Shown piece after piece: positions 9,093-17,508 of a stretch of 64,000 nt of DNA (within the stretch, counting starts at the first letter, position 1; each line of letters opens with the position of its first letter). A program made the translations under genes and the position numbers. The notes beneath the pieces are model-generated. The model did no database searches. It worked only from the letters and a program-made list of their open reading frames with translations, and was not told the origin of the DNA. The DNA lies in NCBI GenBank assembly GCA_023898465.1, contig CP060223.1, forward strand, positions 704,001-768,000, in the 5' to 3' direction. This stretch comes from Candidatus Nomurabacteria bacterium (GTDB lineage Bacteria > Patescibacteriota > Patescibacteriia > HK-STAS-PATE-3).

Positions 9093-11807
9093 CTATAACT
9101 CAGGCGCCTGCTCGACTCGGATAACCCCACCAACCTCTAAAATCGCTTTATCACGACGACCTAACTGACCCTTTAAGAGATAGTCAGCTAATGCGTTATC
9201 AACTCGCTCTTGAATAACACGGCGCAAAGGTCGAGCACCAAAGACCGGATCAAATCCAATCTCAGCTAATTCCTGCACCGCAGCTTCAGTTGCTTCAAAA
9301 GTAATACCGCGACCCTCTAATTGTCGTTGCACCTTTGCAAGAAGTAGGCGCACGATCTGCACAATCTCATCCTTTTGCAATGGGCGGAATACGGTAATCT
9401 TATCAAAACGGTTGAGAAATTCTGGGCGATAATATTGATTCAGCACGGAGTTGATGAGCTCCTGCGTAATACCTTCAATCGTGGCCTTTTCTTGAATGCG
9501 TTTTTGAATCAGGTCTGAACCTGCGTTGGAGGTTGAAATGATAATCGTATTGGTGAAGTCGATCGTACGACCAATGCCATCAGTTAATCGGCCATCATCA
9601 AACACCTGCAGGAAAATATTCAACACATCAGGATGCGCCTTTTCCAATTCATCAAGCAAGACGAGAGAGAAGGGACTCTTGCGCACCGCTTCAGTTAAGT
9701 AACCGCCTACTGGACCCTGCGTGCCTTGATTACTACCGATCAGGCGAGAAATACTGCTCGGCTCCTGATACTCCGACATGTCGAGACGGATCATCGCATC
9801 CTCGGATCCAAAATACGCTTCGGCTAAAGTTTTTGCCAGCTCGGTTTTACCTACACCAGTCGGACCAAGGAAAAGGAAGGTGGCAATCGGTCGCTTTTGA
9901 TCACGCAATTCTGCTCGAGCACGACGGAGCGCTGCGGCAACTGCTTTGACTGCCTCATCCTGACCAATGATGCGCTGATGCATGGTTGATTCCAAGTTGA
10001 GTAACTTCTCAGACTCGGACTCATTCACTTTAGTTACTGCCACATGCGTTTTACTAGAAACAATCTTTGCCACATCTTCACCGTCTACAAAACTATTCTT
10101 ACCTTTGTGCTTATGAGCATCAACTGCAACTTCTTCCAGCAAGCTAATCGCTTTTTCCGGCAAGTAGCGATCGTGCATGTAGCGCTGTGAAAGGACTACG
10201 GTTTTTTCTAATGCATCGTAGGTAAAGAAAATGTGATGCTTATATTCAAGCGGACCGGCCTTCACCATAAGTATGCGCACCGCTCCATCAGTATCTACTT
10301 CCTGGCAATCAACTTTGGTAAAGGTGCTGGTGAGTGAAGATTGGTTTTCAATATAGCGCGTGTAGTCAATTGGATTAGTGGTGCCGATCACCTGCACTCG
10401 TCCGGTCTCCAGTGCCTGACTCAACACATCAGAGAGATCAAAACTCTCTCCACCGGCTGAAGAAATACCAACAATGTTTTGAATATTATCAATGAGTAAA
10501 ATGATATTTCCTGACTTCACCACTTCAGACAAAATCTGATTCAAGCGTCCTTCTAATTCTCCAGTTGACCCGGCATTACCAACCAGAGCTGCCACAGATA
10601 ATGAAACCAGGCGCTTATCTTTCAAAACATCCGGCACTTCCTCGGTCACCATGCGGCGAGCAATGCCATCGACAATCGCAGTCTTCCCTACGCCAGGATT
10701 ACCAACCAACATGGGACTGCCGCCTCGCTCCAAAACGCGAAACATTTCATCCAGCACTTCCTCACGTCCGACAGTCATCGGGACAGCGCCCCGTTGCGCT
10801 AAATCAGTTAAGTCATGGCTGTACTGATTCAGCATTCGAGTTTCTTGTGCCGTCATGGCCCGGTTCATACCACGCTTCGGTCGCCAAGCTGCCCGCTTAC
10901 GGAAACGCTTATACTGCTCGCACAAATCTTCCTCAATATGCGCCCAAGCCACAACGTGTCGCAGCTTGTTCTCATCTACTTCTAGGTCATAAAGAATATC
11001 CTGGGTGTGCGTTTCTGAAGTAGCTAAGGCGACCAAGACTTCCAGCACGCCAACTTGTTGACGCTTCGTTGCATAGGCTTCTCGATAGGCAGCGCAGAGT
11101 AGCTTTTTTGTTGAAGTGGAAAGATGCGGCTCCCCTGGCCAATCCTGTGGCATGCCAGTGAAAAGTTTCCCAATGCGTTGCTTCAATTGCTCGTACTGAA
11201 TATTTAAACGGGCAAAAAGTACAGCCGCTGTCCGCGTAGTTAACATTGCCGCTAAAATATGCGAGGGCCAAATTTCACGATGATTTAAATGATTCGCAAT
11301 ATCCCAAGCCTGCTGCAGCATGTGCTCTAACTCGTTGTCGAGCAAAGCTGGTAGGTCCTCTACTTTGTCGGCAAAATCTGCCTCGGAGATTTGCTCCAAG
11401 GACAATACCGTCTCCATCTCAGCTGGAGTCTGTCGCGTAATTTTCTTTCGCGGTTTTAACTCTCGCTCAATGCGAAAGTAGGCGTAACAGTCAGTTGCTA
11501 ATGAAATCCAAAAGATCAACATAGCTGGGCTGCGCAAATCCCAAAGGTCGAGCAGTGAAGCGCCGCCCTGAAGCAGTTGATACAACTCCCAAAAACCAAT
11601 GAGGAAACCCGCCAGACCAAAGAAGACTAGGAAACCGTTTATAAAGGCACGTAATCCTCGAGCAAACTTTTCGCCACTTACTTCGCTGCGACCAAATGTT
11701 TTATCCCAGTACAAAATCCGACTGCCAAACATCTCAGAGTAAGGCGCTGGTCGCTGGCCCTTTGGACTGGCCGGTGCTGGATTAGAAAAGCTGTCGGATG
11801 ATGGCAT
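9093..11807 (-). CDS. Clp/Hsp100 family AAA+ ATPase (ClpA/B/C-like) with unusual N-terminal hydrophobic extension
   Basis: Two Clp_N repeats, Walker A GNPGVGKTA (NBD1) and GPTGVGKTELAK (NBD2), sensor motifs; no long M-domain; first about 140 aa contain two TM-like helices, so the true start is uncertain. Confidence 0.85.
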   Translation of the reverse strand: MPSSDSFSNPAPASPKGQRPAPYSEMFGSRILYWDKTFGRSEVSGEKFARGLRAFINGFLVFFGLAGFLIGFWELYQLLQGGASLLDLWDLRSPAMLIFWISLATDCYAYFRIERELKPRKKITRQTPAEMETVLSLEQISEADFADKVEDLPALLDNELEHMLQQAWDIANHLNHREIWPSHILAAMLTTRTAAVLFARLNIQYEQLKQRIGKLFTGMPQDWPGEPHLSTSTKKLLCAAYREAYATKRQQVGVLEVLVALATSETHTQDILYDLEVDENKLRHVVAWAHIEEDLCEQYKRFRKRAAWRPKRGMNRAMTAQETRMLNQYSHDLTDLAQRGAVPMTVGREEVLDEMFRVLERGGSPMLVGNPGVGKTAIVDGIARRMVTEEVPDVLKDKRLVSLSVAALVGNAGSTGELEGRLNQILSEVVKSGNIILLIDNIQNIVGISSAGGESFDLSDVLSQALETGRVQVIGTTNPIDYTRYIENQSSLTSTFTKVDCQEVDTDGAVRILMVKAGPLEYKHHIFFTYDALEKTVVLSQRYMHDRYLPEKAISLLEEVAVDAHKHKGKNSFVDGEDVAKIVSSKTHVAVTKVNESESEKLLNLESTMHQRIIGQDEAVKAVAAALRRARAELRDQKRPIATFLFLGPTGVGKTELAKTLAEAYFGSEDAMIRLDMSEYQEPSSISRLIGSNQGTQGPVGGYLTEAVRKSPFSLVLLDELEKAHPDVLNIFLQVFDDGRLTDGIGRTIDFTNTIIISTSNAGSDLIQKRIQEKATIEGITQELINSVLNQYYRPEFLNRFDKITVFRPLQKDEIVQIVRLLLAKVQRQLEGRGITFEATEAAVQELAEIGFDPVFGARPLRRVIQERVDNALADYLLKGQLGRRDKAILEVGGVIRVEQAPEL

Positions 11808-12267
11808 AGGTAATAATTGGTGGTGTGGCTAACCACACTATGACGAAAACGCTCATGATGAGGAACCAAAGCACAAAGACAAAGAGGCGTCCGACTAGGA
11901 CCACAATACGCAAGAAGAAACTAATAATACGACCGCTCTTGGTGTAGTCGCCGTACATTGGCGTGAACATGTTACGCAGCCAAATGCGTAACGATAACTG
12001 TTCAGCCCGGCCGCGCATCTGCGACAACCAGAAACGACCTAATTGCATGAGGCCACCGCTATACCACCAAAATGGAAAGCGAACAACGTCAAAAAGCAGC
12101 TCCTGGAATAAGAAGCTGAAGGAATATTGCGTCTGGCTTCGCGATCGATACATGGCTTGTGTTTTTCTTTTCACTTTTACTTTACGCATGCATTATAGCA
12201 TTTTTTTTCGCGTTTGGCAAGACTCTATTCTTTTAGCTTCCTTTCTTTTGAAGGAAAAGGAGGAATA

Positions 12268-12300
12268 ACAAAAACCGCGACAAGGCGGGGACGCCCTGTC
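12268..12300 (-). terminator. rho-independent terminator after tgt
   Basis: GACAGGGCG..CGCCUUGUC 9-bp stem followed by GCGGUUUUUGUU on the minus strand. Confidence 0.5.
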
Positions 12301-12309
12301 TACAAGAAA

Positions 12310-13413
12310 CTATAACTGCCCTAGGCGAATCTGTGCTCGAATCTTCTCCATCAAGCGGAGATAGAATCGCACATTATGGATGGTGCACAAGCGCTGCGCC
12401 AAAGGATCCTCTGTGGCAAACAAATGCCGGATGTAGGCGCGTGTTGTTGTCTGGCAAGTTGCACAATCACAGCTGGTATCAATCGGACGCAAATCAGACT
12501 TATATTTTGCATTGGCAATTTTTAGCACCTCGTAAAATTTCCCACGCAGCTCATCACGCTTCCAGACAAATAAAGAACCATGGCGTGCGTTTCGGGTTGG
12601 CACTACGCAGTCAAACATATCAACACCTTGCTGCACCGCTTCCACAATTTGCTCGGGCGGACCAACGCCCATGAGGTAATGTGCTGAGTCCTGCGGCAAC
12701 TCGGGTACGGTCCACTCTAAAACGCGATACATTTCCTTGGCCGTCTCACCCACCGCTAATCCACCAATCGCAAATCCATCAAAGGGCATCTCGCGCAAGG
12801 TCTGCGCATGCGCGATACGGAGATCTTTCTCCCCCGCTCCCTGCACAATAGCAAAACGTAATTGCCCCTGGGTGCGCTTCACCTTGGTACTGCGCTCAGC
12901 CCAGTGCGTGGTTAAAGCAATTGATCGCTCTATCTCCGCACGCGAACTATGAAAAGGCGGACACACATCAAGCAGCATTGCAATGTCAGTACCTAAACGT
13001 GATTGAATATCCAGTGCCCGCTCTGGAGTCAGGAAATGTTTACTGCCATCAACCGTATCTCGGAAACGAACGCCGCGCCGGCTGAGCACGCGGTGCTTGG
13101 CCAAACTAAACACCTGATAGCCGCCCGAGTCAGTTAAGATGGGACCTTGCCATCCCATGAAGTCATGCAGGTCGCCAGCTTTTTGAATGACCGAGAGACC
13201 CGGCCGCAGCCACAGATGATAGGTGTTTGATAAAATAATGTGTGCACCCAGTCCGCGCATAGAGGAAATTTCTAAAGCCCGAACTGAACCACGTGTCGCG
13301 ATCGGCATAAAAAAAGGCGTGGGAATATTCCCATGCGCAGTCGTGAGGCGGCCGAGGCGCGCCTGACTTTTTCGCGATGTTTTGAGCAGCCGAAACGCTT
13401 TATTCCGTGCCAT
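12310..13413 (-). CDS. tgt: queuine tRNA-ribosyltransferase
   Basis: LTDSGGYQVFSL catalytic region and CxCxxC..H zinc site (CDCATCQ). Confidence 0.9.
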   Translation of the reverse strand: MARNKAFRLLKTSRKSQARLGRLTTAHGNIPTPFFMPIATRGSVRALEISSMRGLGAHIILSNTYHLWLRPGLSVIQKAGDLHDFMGWQGPILTDSGGYQVFSLAKHRVLSRRGVRFRDTVDGSKHFLTPERALDIQSRLGTDIAMLLDVCPPFHSSRAEIERSIALTTHWAERSTKVKRTQGQLRFAIVQGAGEKDLRIAHAQTLREMPFDGFAIGGLAVGETAKEMYRVLEWTVPELPQDSAHYLMGVGPPEQIVEAVQQGVDMFDCVVPTRNARHGSLFVWKRDELRGKFYEVLKIANAKYKSDLRPIDTSCDCATCQTTTRAYIRHLFATEDPLAQRLCTIHNVRFYLRLMEKIRAQIRLGQL

Positions 13414-15376
13414 TGTTGCCGTCTGTCACTACACCCTGACCGGTGGCATATTGATCCGCATCAAGGTTAGTGGTGAGTGAATCGTCAGAGACGCTTAAGG
13501 CCTCGTTGGTAAAACTGTCAGTGCCCTCTAACTTGGATGCATCAAGTAAAACCATAACCTTACCCAGGTCACTAGCATTTGGCGTCACCGCAACTTCAAA
13601 GCTGGCGCTTAATGCGTCACTGCTATAACCAACCCCGGCTGGTACGCGGCTAAATTGCCAAGTGATAGTCCGATCGCTGGGGGTAAAGGTAATTGATCCC
13701 AAGCTAGTGGAAATATTTTTCCCAGCCCAAAATACATTGCTCGGTAAGGTGGCGGAAATCTTCACGTTTCCCAATTCATTTACTGTATTGCTCACCTTCC
13801 AAAACAAACGATAGGTTGTAGTTTCTCCAACTTGCGGAGGCAAGGGCCCATCGCCAATTTTAGTAAAGTCTTCGGAATAGTAGCGCGCCTCGGCCGCCAA
13901 AGATGCCTGAGTGATGAGCTTCACAGTAATCGGCTGACTACTCGCCTGCACCTGACTTGCACCGAGCTCCTCTGCCTCACCCTCTATACTCGCCTGCCCA
14001 ATAAGCTCTGGGTTAGTCACTGAACTGTCGCTGGCTAAGCTATCAAGTAATTGCACGCTAATGGTAAATTCATCCTTGCTGCCAGAACGCAACTCGCCTA
14101 AGTCCTCAATTTGCTCCTTGGTCCATATCAAGGTATTTCCCTCGCGCTGAGCTGAATGCGGCTCAACCAAGCTGTCCCAATCAACCAAATCTCCATCGAG
14201 CTGAACCCGTAGCGTTACATCTCGAATCACTTCATCAGTTTGATTCGCATAGCTCAAGGTATATTGCAGAGTGCTACCAAAAGTTAACGCGCGATCTTCA
14301 TGTCCGCTGTTTAGACTGAGGTCTACATTGAGTTCCGGTCGTACCAACTGCACAATAATGCGCTGCTCGGTTTGTAATTGAAAGCTGCCTGTGTTGGATA
14401 AGATGCCCACCCGCGCGACAAGCTCCTGCAAAGAATCAACATCACCGCTCAATTGAGCAGTCACCTGCACCCGCTCTTCATCACCGGGCGCTAAATCCGC
14501 AAAGGTCCACGTCTTCCCCACCTCGGCTGCTGGGTCACTCGACTTCATGCTAAACCCGTCTGGAGTATCTAAAGTTAGTCGCGCCTGGCTGATATCTTCC
14601 TCTGAATTATTTTTCACCAGGAGCTCATACTGCACTTCGCTATCTGGAATCACGCGAGAGGGGCCGTCAAACTGCAGTCCGAGATTAGACTGGGAAATGG
14701 TGAAACTCTCACTAGACTGAGTCACGAATTCTGAGTTAAAGGTCGCTGGCACATAGCTGAGAATAGCCGTGATGCTATGTTCGCTGCCCACATCACCGAC
14801 CACGGTACCGGTGATGGTTATGCGTCGTCCATAACCTGAATCCATATCACCGAGCAGGAAGGAATTTTTTGCATCATTAGCCGGCGCAATGCTCGTATTG
14901 GTTACCTTGAAGCCGTCAGGATAGTTAATATTGAGCTCAGCTGATCGCAGCTTCACTGCTTCACCATTCTGTATAAGTAATTCAAAACTTAGTTCGCCAC
15001 CCGAAGCTACATCGGTCGGCACTTCCATCTTCACTTGTACTTTATTGCCCGTGAAACGCTGCCCGGAAGTGAAATAGAAAAAGCCGGCCACTGCTGCCAC
15101 GACAATCAAGCTCAGGATGCTAAAGAAGGCGATCTTACCCCAAGGCTTTCGCGTCGACTTCTTCCGCGTTATGGTGGTCATGTCCGTCTTCTCCGCCTTT
15201 TCCTCGGCCTGCAAAACTTCAGCAAAGGCTTGCAAGCGTTCGTCGGTCATTTCGTCATCCTGTTTGATGTCGATTTTTTTTGGCTCGTTTTCCTTCTTTG
15301 CTTCTGCCGGCTTCTCAGGAGTTTCCGGTGCTTTCGGTGCAGACTTTTTCTCGGTTTTTCGTGAAGATTTTGCCAT
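13400..15376 (-). CDS. large membrane-anchored extracellular repeat protein, hypothetical (658 aa)
   Basis: Lys/Glu-rich cytoplasmic N-tail, single TM (IAFFSILSLIVVAAVAGFFYF), long beta-rich ectodomain. Confidence 0.55.
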   Translation of the reverse strand: MAKSSRKTEKKSAPKAPETPEKPAEAKKENEPKKIDIKQDDEMTDERLQAFAEVLQAEEKAEKTDMTTITRKKSTRKPWGKIAFFSILSLIVVAAVAGFFYFTSGQRFTGNKVQVKMEVPTDVASGGELSFELLIQNGEAVKLRSAELNINYPDGFKVTNTSIAPANDAKNSFLLGDMDSGYGRRITITGTVVGDVGSEHSITAILSYVPATFNSEFVTQSSESFTISQSNLGLQFDGPSRVIPDSEVQYELLVKNNSEEDISQARLTLDTPDGFSMKSSDPAAEVGKTWTFADLAPGDEERVQVTAQLSGDVDSLQELVARVGILSNTGSFQLQTEQRIIVQLVRPELNVDLSLNSGHEDRALTFGSTLQYTLSYANQTDEVIRDVTLRVQLDGDLVDWDSLVEPHSAQREGNTLIWTKEQIEDLGELRSGSKDEFTISVQLLDSLASDSSVTNPELIGQASIEGEAEELGASQVQASSQPITVKLITQASLAAEARYYSEDFTKIGDGPLPPQVGETTTYRLFWKVSNTVNELGNVKISATLPSNVFWAGKNISTSLGSITFTPSDRTITWQFSRVPAGVGYSSDALSASFEVAVTPNASDLGKVMVLLDASKLEGTDSFTNEALSVSDDSLTTNLDADQYATGQGVVTDGNNGTE

Positions 15377-15713
15377 AGCCTGTACAGTATAGCAGGAAAA
15401 TTGTACTTACGTCAGACCTCATGCTCCCCTTTGCCCCTAGAAAAAAACCCATGGCAGCTCCTTTAGATATCAACTCCATGTCTATCTGAGCTTAGGGGTT
15501 TGGGGATCATTCATTAAGTGAGAAGTCTCTGTCTCTTTGTCGCCGCTAGAAAAAACCCGTGGCATTCTGCCGCGAGTTGTGACGCTCCCGTCTTGGGCGG
15601 GACAGCTTTGCTTTGTCTGACGATACGAGGCTTCGAGTGAGGAGTTGCAAAGCTGAGGAGCAGACGAGCAAAGATATGCCCGAGTTTTTGAGCGCGGCGA
15701 ATGTTTCTTTTGT

Positions 15714-15742
15714 CCTCCTTTTCTTTTCCAAAGAAAAGGAGG
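15714..15742. terminator. 13-bp perfect hairpin (CCTCCTTTTCTTT tcca AAGAAAAGGAGG), likely bidirectional terminator at recO 3' end
   Basis: Perfect inverted repeat followed by T-rich run; related motif at 12228..12262. Confidence 0.45.
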
Positions 15743-15746
15743 GCTC

Positions 15747-16484
15747 CTATTTCACTTTCCGCATCTGCACCCAAAAATATTCCGTGGGTAGCTTTGCACC
15801 CAGCTGCACCCGTAATGTCTGTTCAATCACTTTCGCCACCAGGTCATTTGCCTCACGCGGAATCACCTCGGTATCCAAAGTATGTAAAGCGAGGAGCTGC
15901 TGACGCACATCATCCGGCAAAGCAAAAGCGCCTACCTGCTCTTTGGCACACTTTGCGCAAAGAGCTCCGCCCGCATCTGCGCTGTAATAGGATTCTTGAC
16001 CTAGGTCTTTGCCACAACGTGCACAAATGTCGAGACGAGGTTGTAAGCCTAGTAGCGTGAACAGCTTCCACAAAAAACGTCGGACAATCGGGCTCGCTTG
16101 CTCAGGCTGCGCATCCATATCCAGGAGGCTCTGTCGCAGAGATGTGAAAAGTTCCAGGTCAGGATGATTTGGCTGCGTGAGACGGGTTACCACCTGGGCC
16201 AAAAAGTTGGCTGCAGCAAAGGCATCAAGGTTGTTTCGTAATCCAGCGAGACTATGCAGCATGACACTCCCAATCACCCGATCAAATCTTCCGCGAGCAA
16301 TGTGCAGGCGTATTTCTGATAAGGGCTCGAGCGAACCAGCCAACTTGCTGCTGATCTTCTGCGTGCCCTTGGCGATCAACTCCAGCTTACCCAACTCTTT
16401 GGTAAACACCACAATGCGCCGATCATGCTCGCGCAATGGTCGCCGCTCCAGAACAATGGCATGGGTTTCGGTGGTGAGGGACAT
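15747..16484 (-). CDS. recO: DNA repair protein RecO
   Basis: N-terminal OB-fold region and C-terminal CxxC...CxxC zinc finger (CARCGKD...CAKCAKE). Confidence 0.8.
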   Translation of the reverse strand: MSLTTETHAIVLERRPLREHDRRIVVFTKELGKLELIAKGTQKISSKLAGSLEPLSEIRLHIARGRFDRVIGSVMLHSLAGLRNNLDAFAAANFLAQVVTRLTQPNHPDLELFTSLRQSLLDMDAQPEQASPIVRRFLWKLFTLLGLQPRLDICARCGKDLGQESYYSADAGGALCAKCAKEQVGAFALPDDVRQQLLALHTLDTEVIPREANDLVAKVIEQTLRVQLGAKLPTEYFWVQMRKVK

Positions 16485-16495
16485 AAGCTTATTCG

Positions 16496-17056
16496 CTAGG
16501 TAGAAAGCGCACTACGAACACTTGCAAATAAGGAACTATAGTCAATTTCTTCGGGTTTAGTGGTGTCTATCTCAATCACACTTCCCTCAACTTGAAGCTG
16601 ATCAACTTGAGCATTTAAGAGTTCGACGGAAAATTCGTCGTAATTGGTCTGATCAACATGTCCCGGGTGTCGCTGTCCTGACTCAGCCCGATCTTTAAAG
16701 CGCTGGAGCAAAACCTTACCATCTGCTGTACAAATAATCTGGATAATTCGGGCGCCATAACGTTTCTGTAATTCTTGCATTTTAAGGTTATCATTTTCAG
16801 AACGAAAATTACTTTCAACAATACATGAGATACCTGCCTGAAGCATCTTCTCAAGCGTAAAGTACAGAATTGAATATGAAGCAATGCCCAACTTTCGTGA
16901 CCAGGCACGATCACTCCAACCTAAAGTATCAAATAACTGCTCCTTGATATCATCCCGAGCTATAAGAGGAAAATGAAATTCATCAACAATCTTTCGAGCT
17001 AAAGTTGTTTTTCCCGAGCCGGGCAAACCGGTAATGAGGATAAGAAGCGGCGACAT
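16496..17056 (-). CDS. P-loop NTPase / predicted kinase (AAA_33-like)
   Basis: Walker A ILITGLPGSGKTTLA; about 185 aa from the MSPLL start (upstream TTG start also possible). Confidence 0.6.
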   Translation of the reverse strand: MSPLLILITGLPGSGKTTLARKIVDEFHFPLIARDDIKEQLFDTLGWSDRAWSRKLGIASYSILYFTLEKMLQAGISCIVESNFRSENDNLKMQELQKRYGARIIQIICTADGKVLLQRFKDRAESGQRHPGHVDQTNYDEFSVELLNAQVDQLQVEGSVIEIDTTKPEEIDYSSLFASVRSALST

Positions 17057-17205
17057 AAAATCTCTAGTCTTGAATAGGAAGTATGGAAACTTGACTATAG
17101 CATTAATGCCTGACAAGAAAGAATGACTACTTGACAAAATGTATAATATATGCTATACTTATTATTGTACCTGAAACGTTCCTTCCCCTATCATAGGAGG
17201 ACTCC

Positions 17206-17358
17206 ATGCAGAAGAAGCTGCACTTCGTTGGCGAGCAACTGCTCGAAGTCGGTCGAGACATTCTCGGCCTTCCCCGTGGCTACGTCGTTGACGGCGAGCC
17301 TGGGGAACGACCGCCGACGCATCTGCGCACGGCACTCAAGGGCCTCTTCACCCGCTAG
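17206..17358 (+). CDS. small hypothetical protein (50 aa)
   Basis: ATG preceded by AGGAGG with 5-nt spacing; high-GC; followed by two hairpins (GCCCAAGC..GCTTGGGC and GCAGCCAAGGC..GCCTTGCTGC); <60 aa so absent from ORF track. Confidence 0.35.
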   Translation: MQKKLHFVGEQLLEVGRDILGLPRGYVVDGEPGERPPTHLRTALKGLFTR

Positions 17359-17508
17359 ACCTCGCACTTTCCTCAAACCGACGGCTGCACTACACGTGTG
17401 GCCGTCTTTCTTTATCAAAACACCGCCCAAGCTCAAGGCTTGGGCTACGTATTGTCTTTCTAGGCCTCGCAGCCAAGGCATTGAGCCTTGCTGCATTGTA
17501 TTCAAAGG

